Positions 19,501 to 26,445 of a stretch of 64,000 nucleotides of DNA are shown one piece after another. The notes under the pieces were generated by a model, which saw nothing but the letters and a program-made list of their open reading frames with translations, did not search any database and was not told the DNA's origin. Numbering within the stretch: position 1 is the first letter of the stretch; every line of letters starts with the position of its first letter. The translations under genes and the position numbers were made by a program. The stretch is from Anaerolineae bacterium (GTDB taxonomy: Bacteria > Chloroflexota > Anaerolineae > B4-G1 > SLSP01), in assembly GCA_035415725.1 (NCBI GenBank), contig DAOOGN010000002.1, positions 42,137 through 106,136 on the forward strand, given 5' to 3'.

Positions 19501-19992
19501 GATCGCATCCACTGCTTTTTCTTCTTCTGAATCGTCGCCATACATTTGACCGATGGCGCTGACAATCGAAGAGTAAATAGGATTATCCCAACGCTGAAAC
19601 AGGGCTACGCGCCCTACCGGCCGGCGCTGCTGCGCGCCACCGCGGATATCCCTTTCAGCAGGTCCGAGAATACGCGACAGTTTCTCTTTTTCCAACCATT
19701 GCATATAAGACAGGCTGCGCCCGGCGGCTATATCGGCAAAAATGGTATCCATCGTGACGCCGGGTTTGCTGATCACATGTCTAAATTCCGGATTGCGTCC
19801 CCGCTCATCAGTTTGCCCCGAAAGTTGTGTGCTGGCAAACATGTCCTCATTCCGCAAGTCATCGGTATCCAAGGACAACAACACCACATTCTCCGGTACC
19901 TGGCCGTAGGTTTCTTCCAGCCGCTCTTTGAGAATAGTCAGAGCAGCCTTTCCAGAACCGCCAACTCCAATCGCTAAGACTCGTTTTGGCAT
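16519..19992 (-). CDS. Tubulin/FtsZ-superfamily GTPase domain (N-terminal ~350 aa) fused to ~800-aa alpha-helical extension; 1157 aa
   Basis: T1-like loop AIGVGGSGKAAL at N-terminus (GK followed by A, so not a Walker A). PROSITE tubulin signature [SAG]-G-G-T-G-[SA]-G matched as AGGTGSG (residues 180-186; encoded on minus strand at 19435-19455: rc = gct ggc ggc acc ggt tcc ggc). Downstream T5/T7-like hydrophobic/NxD-like segments (VIVLPD; GDMNLSGDP). Confidence 0.7.
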   Translation of the reverse strand: MPKRVLAIGVGGSGKAALTILKERLEETYGQVPENVVLLSLDTDDLRNEDMFASTQLSGQTDERGRNPEFRHVISKPGVTMDTIFADIAAGRSLSYMQWLEKEKLSRILGPAERDIRGGAQQRRPVGRVALFQRWDNPIYSSIVSAIGQMYGDDSEEEKAVDAIKIEQSKRQIFIIGSVAGGTGSGFMVDVANLVGHAKQSNSKWQSLDVSAVIVLPDAFSSYTTMMNDPTNLKPNTYAALRELDRFVRTHSNMLPYMIRYGDDLRSITWSTNQPLDHIYLVDTTCPSAAGDMNLSGDPKRGVFPIISDFVMAHIDQTLGDALASMRSNAGLHYDKEEGWQYSSFNVYTYILPVDDIIESFSYRFLQELLRRQYLPIPDKKAQAQVVLAAAKEVERVFADTNVRGRVNPGVVQKAIVATKKIDPEMPDMSWSGLFNMIALSEGAFAEDYQTIQQWMDYLYGGLIATKDGEYKQESFDDGYTRLINFSDQFMDDCLGPQYNPDDEEAREGGQWDIILARYRDALRLRFSEALDVELLDILNRRDPRSKILVEAQLPMARALVAALKDRLVSFKTILEEEYRRSETESRLRQASEGLRDAIAWMQDTKEESGGLFPKKSKPRQAQDSYTAWFSEKMNLLLHRRIYRVVLDVLDALGAGEMDQSGNLSVVDQAAQELEAWQGTLQATSKVLQDWSRIHENNRREKRQIKVRRYLTSPEFEDQLYRQPEYVEFVAAQVLGEVRGVKGLTWERKDDTAPLDYKMVSMWAQEAKGAEDIARKFFAGSKELFQVVRDNISVADRIAVEFKSYSSFVNVVGQINEPFLRYNPSANGKSMGHERYISFNLAGATTEEAREFLDRARAILGDQGRTVNAAAESRVACTVVEVARGVKLRAVDQFIACENDYRVKLDRGKESIHLFPEEQIVTDYENMIEKLGEPENRMRPLSPELVIAMGDEDKLKIFTLACAYGLIKEGLYYDAETSVETTEVYLDLRNHGGRLMPLSESRRLRQLDKNFDVVPPEGQTARRYLNALQNFVLKATQKPGVPDSMIMILVDTLTRQGVDLGHIQNPFSLTLRALGEALRNVTDALGPDAQTEPDDARRQAHNAKRRIEKLNAFRDGHVAEFKKQTATQRVYDMGTIMHLILNAEIGRLTEIARKAGN

Positions 19993-20027
19993 CTCTCATA
20001 CTCCTTTTCTAAGCCGAATAAGCTGAA

Positions 20028-22367
20028 TTAACATTTAAGCCTAGTTTTATCGAGGCAAACCCGCAATTTAATATCGCTAATACTGGTAGTTACATCTGTA
20101 ACGATATCCCGGAAGGTTGTCTTCCGTATCCCTTTTTCAGCATCGAAGATGTTAACAGTATTGCCTTCGCGGATAACGTAAAATTCCACCGGTTTTAATC
20201 CTTTAATGTAAATGTCCACCTTCTTACGATTGCCGCCTATAATGATTTTGCGCCGGCGGTGTGACATTCCCAAGGTATAGGTAGACATAGGCCCCTTTGA
20301 TTCCTTGTCGGGACCGCAGACCAGCACATATCCATTCGGCGGCGGCGAGATATGTACGATAAACCAGGGAATGCCATACAAAATGATAAAAACTAGTAAC
20401 CCCAATCCCAAAATTCCACCTGCCAGGTACGGCCACCAGGGGCAGCCTTGCAATTGTGGAATACCTGGCCGGTCAGGGCAGTTGTCTGCACCGCAATCAT
20501 TGAGGCCATCACCATCGCGGTCAGAGCAAGGTGTGGGGGTAGGCGGAAGGGGCGTCGGGGTAGGTGGAAGGGGCGTGGACGTCGGGGTGCAGGTAGGCGC
20601 TACAATCAGTACCGGCATATCACGCTCTACCGGCGGCATGGGGCCGGTCTTGAGTTGTGCAGTCAGGCGCAGACGTAACGTAGTGTCGGTCTGTGTGGAA
20701 CATGGCGTTTCCGCCGATAAAGCCGTGCAGAGCGCGGAAAGATCACTGTTGAATATGCCAGGTGAGGTGCTGCTCAGTTGGACTTCCTGACCACCACCGA
20801 ATGCGCGCAGTTGGATGGTTTTGGCAACGGCCAGGTCGTAATCAGCGATGGTCACCGTCAATTCTGGGCGGGTGCCGCCACATACCAAGGGAGAGGGCAC
20901 AATGTCGGCGATATACGGCGCGCGCCCCACATCCACCATCAAGCGGGCGATGGCAATAGGAATACGTGTGGCCTCGGCGTCCTCTTCCAGTGCGGAGCCG
21001 GCATTCAGGATAAAGATGAAACGGCCAGGGGCCTCCATAATCGCCGGGTACGCGCTGGCGAAGTCAAAGCGAACTTCGTACTCACCGCTACTGTCGGGCG
21101 CGAGGTTTTCGGGAATCCGTAGGGAAGTTTGCAGGCCATCGGGTGTGATGACATCACCCCATATCGGTTGCGGTTCACTGCCGTAACAATCGCTGGAAAG
21201 TGTGAATCGTATGGCAAACTCGCGATTGGGGGTTTGACGCTCGGTTGCCAGATAGATGTTAGTGATCTCGGTAAGGCTCACTTCCGGCGCTTCAAAGTGG
21301 ATCCCGTAGGCGCCGCGGCGATCCAGGTGCACCTTCACCGGTTTGTCCGATTCAATTGTCCACATATCGTTCTTTAGATCATCAGTCAGCCGTGCCGCGC
21401 CGATGGAGATGACTTCTACGGGATTGTCAGTGCCACGGAAGCGCTTGACACCAGGCGTTGTGTCCAGATCAACAGTGTTTGATTTGGGGTCCTTAACGAT
21501 AATGTTCCCTTTAGCTTCGCCAGTTCCATGTTTGACTGTAATGACAATTTCCTGTACGCACTTACTAACGAAGAAGGGGTGAGGTGTACCAGCGGGGACA
21601 TCAGTGCCTTCTTCGTCAGGAATTGTGTTTTGCAATTGGGCGATAATGCGGTTGTAGGTGCTATCAATCTGATTGCGGTCGGTGATGCGATAGGTGAAAA
21701 CGTGATCATAGCGCGTCTGCATCTGCTCCCAAAAGCGGACGTACTTTTCATAATCTGCGTCAGTGGGGTCCTGTAATAACATTATGAAAAATGGAATATC
21801 GGGATTGGCACTCACCAGCCGCTCTATTTCGGCGTCGCTTTGTCCGGCTTCGGGATAAGGGCGGCCATCCGTCATCAGCACCACCGCCGGGAGATTGGTG
21901 GCGCGGCGTGCAGGTGAGGTGCGCAATTCCTGGTAGGCCAATTTGATGGCCTCGATCATATTTGTTCCCAGTTCTGGGGCTGGGTCAGCGACTAGCCGTG
22001 CTATCGCATCGCGCGCGCCGCTGACCGGTTGCAACGGCGCTACCAAAGTTGCGGTGCGGCCCAGGCTAATCACCCCGGCCTGATATTCTAACTCATTGAC
22101 CTCGGCAAATCCCAGGCGTGCGACAAACAGATTGACGCCGGCAATGCGCAGAAAGTCAGGGTCATTGCCCCAGACTTCGCAACCGGCTACAATTTTGTCG
22201 CGTGGGAACATACTGCAAGAGTTGTCGACAACAAGCATCATATCAATAGGTTTGCGGTCGAGATCTGACTGCGCGGCGGCCGGGTAGAAAGGCACAAGGA
22301 GACATACTATCAGAACGATATACAGCAAGGTTTTTATGAAACTGGATGATAGTTTAAGGATATACAT
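20028..22367 (-). CDS. Secreted/membrane-anchored von Willebrand factor A (VWA) domain protein with PT linker, TSP3-like repeat, C-terminal TM helix and ~130-aa cytoplasmic tail
   Basis: Signal-like N-terminus (LLYIVLIVCLLVPFYPAAA); MIDAS motif DxSxS in MLVVDNSCSM, plus LMTDGRP; PTPTPLPPTPTPLPPTPTP linker; CSDRDGDGLNDCGADNCPD repeat; TM GGILGLGLLVFIILYGIPWFIV; basic cytoplasmic tail. Confidence 0.8.
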   Translation of the reverse strand: MYILKLSSSFIKTLLYIVLIVCLLVPFYPAAAQSDLDRKPIDMMLVVDNSCSMFPRDKIVAGCEVWGNDPDFLRIAGVNLFVARLGFAEVNELEYQAGVISLGRTATLVAPLQPVSGARDAIARLVADPAPELGTNMIEAIKLAYQELRTSPARRATNLPAVVLMTDGRPYPEAGQSDAEIERLVSANPDIPFFIMLLQDPTDADYEKYVRFWEQMQTRYDHVFTYRITDRNQIDSTYNRIIAQLQNTIPDEEGTDVPAGTPHPFFVSKCVQEIVITVKHGTGEAKGNIIVKDPKSNTVDLDTTPGVKRFRGTDNPVEVISIGAARLTDDLKNDMWTIESDKPVKVHLDRRGAYGIHFEAPEVSLTEITNIYLATERQTPNREFAIRFTLSSDCYGSEPQPIWGDVITPDGLQTSLRIPENLAPDSSGEYEVRFDFASAYPAIMEAPGRFIFILNAGSALEEDAEATRIPIAIARLMVDVGRAPYIADIVPSPLVCGGTRPELTVTIADYDLAVAKTIQLRAFGGGQEVQLSSTSPGIFNSDLSALCTALSAETPCSTQTDTTLRLRLTAQLKTGPMPPVERDMPVLIVAPTCTPTSTPLPPTPTPLPPTPTPCSDRDGDGLNDCGADNCPDRPGIPQLQGCPWWPYLAGGILGLGLLVFIILYGIPWFIVHISPPPNGYVLVCGPDKESKGPMSTYTLGMSHRRRKIIIGGNRKKVDIYIKGLKPVEFYVIREGNTVNIFDAEKGIRKTTFRDIVTDVTTSISDIKLRVCLDKTRLKC

Positions 22368-22391
22368 ATCAGGACCTCCCTCGGGTTCAGA

Positions 22392-22874
22392 TTACATGGA
22401 GTGTTCCAGCCTGCGCCCAATATCTTGTGCAAATTCCTCCGCGGCTTGTTCGGGAGGACGATATACCATGACGATATCGTTATTCTCTCTGCCTAACACT
22501 TGGGCCACAGCCGTGCGTGCCATGTCGAGTCCTTGAGGACAAACCGCAAGGACGCCGCCTTGCTCTATGACCTGATGTATAAGCTGATGGACACGTGGAT
22601 CGGCTTCCAGGGCGGACAGGTTGCGTTCACTCCCCGGCAAAATGATCATGGGCACCGTTACAATATCGATGATGCGCTCCAAGGCGGTCAGGCTGAAATC
22701 TGGCTTGATAAGAATGCCGTGCGCGCTATTGATGGTCCCGCCGATAACACCGACACTTTTTACACAAATCCCCATACGACGCAGGACACTGAGCAGCACT
22801 ATCGTTTCAATCTCGTTGAACCCATCCGCCAGCATGACAAGCACACACTGCGTTGAGACATCTTTAGTATTCAA
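22392..22874 (-). CDS. DJ-1/PfpI family (class I glutamine amidotransferase-like) protein; first gene of the minus-strand array
   Basis: VLVMLADGFNEIE N-terminal strand-helix, nucleophile-elbow-like LAVCPQG at the position of AICxGP in DJ-1/PfpI; 160 aa. Confidence 0.6.
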   Translation of the reverse strand: MNTKDVSTQCVLVMLADGFNEIETIVLLSVLRRMGICVKSVGVIGGTINSAHGILIKPDFSLTALERIIDIVTVPMIILPGSERNLSALEADPRVHQLIHQVIEQGGVLAVCPQGLDMARTAVAQVLGRENNDIVMVYRPPEQAAEEFAQDIGRRLEHSM

Positions 22875-23175
22875 TGTCCGCTCCTTTCTTCATTTTTACT
22901 CGACATCGACCATGGTTGTCCATCTCCGGTTCCGGTAGCCCGCCAAGACTTGACTTCTCATCATCGCTTCAGCAATTTTGAAACGGCTCGAATTGCTTAT
23001 GCAAGCTTTATGATCATTTCTAGTAAGTTTGACCGACAAAATAAAGTTTGATGGGGAGTAAATCCTGTCCTTTATTGTAGCGTTTGAATGTCTGTTTAGA
23101 TCTTAAAATAATCTAGAAGTTTCGTCGCCTGGATGGGTAAATCTGTAAAAAACTGTAGATTTCTGGGCGGCGACT

Positions 23176-23204
23176 TTTGTAGTCCCTGGCTTCGGTGTTA
23201 TAAT
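23176..23204 (+). promoter_or_regulatory. Candidate sigma70-type promoter with extended -10 (TGtTATAAT at 23196-23204; -35-like TTTGTA at 23176-23181, 17-nt spacer) in AT-rich divergent region upstream of the NB-ARC gene
   Basis: Read directly in sequence: cgacTTTTGTAgtccctggcttcggTGtTATAATctcc; lies ~128 nt upstream of ATG 23332. The 22875-23331 region is conspicuously AT-rich relative to the flanking coding DNA. Confidence 0.4.
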
Positions 23205-23331
23205 CTCCATAGGAAATAGAAAGCTGGTGAAGGTCCACTTATGCGTTTCAATCCGCGACGTCCGGCTTTGGGGGTCTATCATGGTCCCAGCAGTATCATC
23301 CTTAACCTTCGCCAGGTGGGGCATACATTGA

Positions 23332-24795
23332 ATGATGGTAGATATGGCAATCAACAACTCTCACGATGTCGCTTTTCCCGCTGATTTTGTCAAGCGTGTG
23401 CACCAGGCATTGAAAGCCTGGCATACGCAGTCGACAGAGAATATGCTGACCGATCTTGTGTTGACGCAGCAAACCCGCATCAGGCGCAACATCATCTCGC
23501 CGCGGCTACTCTGCAATCAAATCCTGATGTACGGTATGGATGAGCTGAAGTCTACTCATCGAGAAGCCTATGAATTATTGCAACGGCGCTTTCTTAATAA
23601 AGAAACGGCCCAAGAAGTTGCCTATAGCCGTAACATCACGGTGGACGTCGTTTATCAGCATCAACGCCTCGCGCTTGAAGAGTTGGCACAGGCCATTTGG
23701 AGCCAGGAGCTAGAGGCTCGGGCGCAACAGGCGCGGCGGATTGCGATGCGCCTGGAGTTTCCCACCTATACGCGGCTCTTCGGCGTTGTTGAGAAAAGCG
23801 CCGAACTCTGCGCCAGGCTCGAAACGTTTCACGAACCCTGGATTGTGGCGTTGGAAGGTATGGGGGGAGTCGGCAAAACGGCGCTGGCTGATGCCTTAGT
23901 CCGCACGTTAGCGCATCATTCGCATTTTCAGGATATTGCCTGGCTTAGCGCGCGACAACGTCTGTTTCGTTCTACTGGCATGGTTGAAACTTTGCCCTTC
24001 GTCCCCACACTGACATTGACGGAAATGGTCGATCGGTTGATCGACCAATTTGACTTGGGTGGGTTGAAACGACAAACGGACAAAGAGAAGTTTTGGGGGC
24101 TAAAAGATTATTTGAAATCGCAGCCATGTTTGGTGGTGATTGACAACCTGGAAACCATTCACGATTACTATGCGCTTATACCCGCTTTGCGCGAGTTAGC
24201 CAATCCTGGTAAATTCCTTCTTACCACCCGCTATTCGCTGCGCGGTGAGAGTGGCGTGTACCTGTTCCCGCTGCAGGGTTTGGCAATGGCGGATGCGTTA
24301 GCTTTGGTACGTTATGAGGCCGAATTACAGGGCCTGACCGACCTGGCTACGGCTACTGATGACGAACTAGGGTCGCTCTACACGGTCACGGGGGGTAACC
24401 CCTTAGCCATCAAATTGATTGTTGGACAAACCCACACCTTTCCACTGTCGCTGATCATACAACGTCTTGGCGCATCGCCGGTTGATCGAGGCATGGACCT
24501 GCTGGATTTCATCCATGCCGACGCGTGGAAAATGTTGTCCTCCGACCATCGAAGGATCATGCAAGCACTAACGTTGGCGCCGGATGGGGGGGGGCGATTG
24601 GAACAGTTGGCGGCAGCCTCTGGCCTCCCTGCTGCCGACGCCGTGACTTGTCTGCGCACTTTGACCAGCCTCTCGTTGGTCATGACGCTGGGCGGTTTGT
24701 CTGAGCGTCGTTATGCGCTACATCCCCTGACACGCACCTTTGTGCTGCGGCAGAAACTGGAAGAATTACCTGATGCGGACGATTGCCGGGGCTAA
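23332..24795 (+). CDS. STAND NTPase, NB-ARC type (P-loop, GxP motif, winged helix)
   Basis: Walker A GMGGVGKTALA; Walker B-like CLVVIDNLE; NB-ARC GxP-like motif TVTGGNPLAIKLIVG; WH-like RYALHPLTRTFV near C-terminus. Ends 23 nt inside the following TPR ORF, in a different frame. Confidence 0.8.
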   Translation: MMVDMAINNSHDVAFPADFVKRVHQALKAWHTQSTENMLTDLVLTQQTRIRRNIISPRLLCNQILMYGMDELKSTHREAYELLQRRFLNKETAQEVAYSRNITVDVVYQHQRLALEELAQAIWSQELEARAQQARRIAMRLEFPTYTRLFGVVEKSAELCARLETFHEPWIVALEGMGGVGKTALADALVRTLAHHSHFQDIAWLSARQRLFRSTGMVETLPFVPTLTLTEMVDRLIDQFDLGGLKRQTDKEKFWGLKDYLKSQPCLVVIDNLETIHDYYALIPALRELANPGKFLLTTRYSLRGESGVYLFPLQGLAMADALALVRYEAELQGLTDLATATDDELGSLYTVTGGNPLAIKLIVGQTHTFPLSLIIQRLGASPVDRGMDLLDFIHADAWKMLSSDHRRIMQALTLAPDGGGRLEQLAAASGLPAADAVTCLRTLTSLSLVMTLGGLSERRYALHPLTRTFVLRQKLEELPDADDCRG

Positions 24796-25954
24796 TGCGC
24801 GCTACTGGTTGGACTATCTCCACACTATCGCGGCCGACAGTCCTCTCACCGAAGACGATATGCAAGGCGCGCTTCGCGCCCTGGATGCGGCCATCGTCAC
24901 CCCCGAAGCCTGGCCTTTGCTTCGCCCCTTAACGGCATTAGTGCACCCTTACATGGAACGCCAGGGCGCATGGACAGGATGGGACGAATTGTTGCATTAT
25001 TTGATTGCTTATGCGCAACAACATGCCGATCCAGAAACGCAGATAACTTTCTTAACGCGCCTGGGGAGCTTACAACGTCGCCGTGGCGACCTGCAGGCGG
25101 CCATCGTCTCTTTCAGGCAGGCGTGGCGACTCTGTCGACATACCGATGATCGGTTTTGGCAGGCCATCATTTTTTCTAATTTAGGCGATTTATATTGCAT
25201 CTATGACGACTTCTGGCGCGCTGAGGTGCTATGTGACAAGGCCCGCGCACTCTTTACGGCATTAGGCGACCTGATGCGCCTGGGGTATACCGAGAATCAT
25301 TTGGGTTGGATTGATCTTCGTCAACGACAATGGGATGCGGCATGGCTTCACTTCCAACGTGCCGAGGAACTCTTCCGGCAGATCGAAGATGAAAATGGCC
25401 TGGCCATGCTATGGCAGAATATGAGCGTCCTTTGCCATTATCTCCAGCAATCTCAAAAGGCATTGGACTATATGACGCAAGCCCTGCGTTATTATGAAAA
25501 AACGGGAGATCATTATCGTATTGCTACTATCTACCTTGATCAGGGCAATACGTATCAGGCTTCCGGCGATTTTGAACAAGCGGAACAGGCCTCTCTCCAG
25601 GCTGAGGCTATGTTTGCTCAGTTAGAAGACCGTCCCAACCTGGCGCGCGTACGCCATAACCTGGGAATGATTTATACACACACTGGCAACTGGCAAGAGG
25701 CCGAACGCTGTTTCCTCTGGGCTTTGGACTCCTGGCGGCAGCAGCAGGACAGCTATAACCTGACTAACACGCTGGGTGAGCTTGCCACTATGTATATTGC
25801 GTGGGGGCAAAGACAACAGGCACAATACTATCTTGATGCATTTGAACAATGTGTTACGTTACATCACCACGATCCGGCCTACCAGGGTTTGCATCGAGAA
25901 TTGATCGAACGGCGGGAAAAACTGGCTATGCTGTATGGGGATAACCGAATCTGA
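24773..25954 (+). CDS. TPR-repeat protein (probable sensor arm of the STAND NTPase; start taken at ATG 24773, ORF opens at 24740)
   Basis: Multiple 34-aa TPR-like units (W..A....F..A..L..A, e.g. ...LGDLYCIYDDFWRAEVLCDKARALFTALGD...); overlaps upstream NB-ARC ORF by 23-56 nt in +1 frame. Confidence 0.7.
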   Translation: MRTIAGANARYWLDYLHTIAADSPLTEDDMQGALRALDAAIVTPEAWPLLRPLTALVHPYMERQGAWTGWDELLHYLIAYAQQHADPETQITFLTRLGSLQRRRGDLQAAIVSFRQAWRLCRHTDDRFWQAIIFSNLGDLYCIYDDFWRAEVLCDKARALFTALGDLMRLGYTENHLGWIDLRQRQWDAAWLHFQRAEELFRQIEDENGLAMLWQNMSVLCHYLQQSQKALDYMTQALRYYEKTGDHYRIATIYLDQGNTYQASGDFEQAEQASLQAEAMFAQLEDRPNLARVRHNLGMIYTHTGNWQEAERCFLWALDSWRQQQDSYNLTNTLGELATMYIAWGQRQQAQYYLDAFEQCVTLHHHDPAYQGLHRELIERREKLAMLYGDNRI

Positions 25955-25955
25955 T

Positions 25956-25992
25956 GAAGCCCCTCCCCCAGACAGGGGTGGGGGCTTCTTGT
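25956..25992 (+). terminator. GC-rich hairpin (14-bp stem, 5-nt loop) followed by TTGTGG directly after TPR gene stop; candidate intrinsic terminator
   Basis: gaagcccctccccc-agaca-ggggtgggggcttc then ttgtgg; one G-U and one mismatch in stem; U-tract weak. Confidence 0.35.
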
Positions 25993-26043
25993 GGCATTGG
26001 GGTCAAGCGAGCATTTCTGGCGCTGATGATAACTACACTCTTG

Positions 26044-26193
26044 CTATTGGCCCAGGGGACATCCATTGCCACTGTTGGTGCTGCACCCTTCAGCCAAAAC
26101 AATGTTCCCTGCTCCAGGGGAAAATGGGGCGATTAGAATGGCAAGAGCCAATAGTATAGCCATAACAAGCGTTTTTAAGGATCTTCCGGACAT
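26044..26193 (-). CDS. Candidate 49-aa small hydrophobic/Cys-containing peptide (MSGRSLKTLVMAILLALAILIAPFSPGAGNIVLAEGCSTNSGNGCPLGQ) with strong SD
   Basis: Minus-strand sequence gaAAGGAGacgcagATGtcc gives AAGGAG 6 nt before ATG at 26193; one predicted TM/signal helix then Gly/Cys-rich C-terminus; sits antisense between NB-ARC/TPR and ATPase-wHTH genes. (ORF track lists a longer 26044..26301 version; upstream part lacks SD.). Confidence 0.35.
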   Translation of the reverse strand: MSGRSLKTLVMAILLALAILIAPFSPGAGNIVLAEGCSTNSGNGCPLGQ

Positions 26194-26445
26194 CTGCGTC
26201 TCCTTTCTCTGAGAGAAAATGAGCAAGACGCGGGTCCCCCCAGTCGCTGACTGGCTTCGAAGACGTCCGGCTGTGAATAAACTTGGTGAGCGCGCTTTCA
26301 TTTATCACTATAGCCGAAATCAGGTATACGTGCTATAGTAGCATGTTGAAAACGCCCTGATTCTGTACTGAAAATGGCTGAAAGTTTTGCTCTATAAATG
26401 AAGTCACGTTGACGAACTTGTATTCCTTGTAAGGTGGAGTCTCTT

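Noticed and set aside
23103-23357. 84-aa minus-strand ORF in the AT-rich divergent region
   Set aside because: Located in the probable promoter region, no SD, AT-rich low-complexity product. Likely non-coding.
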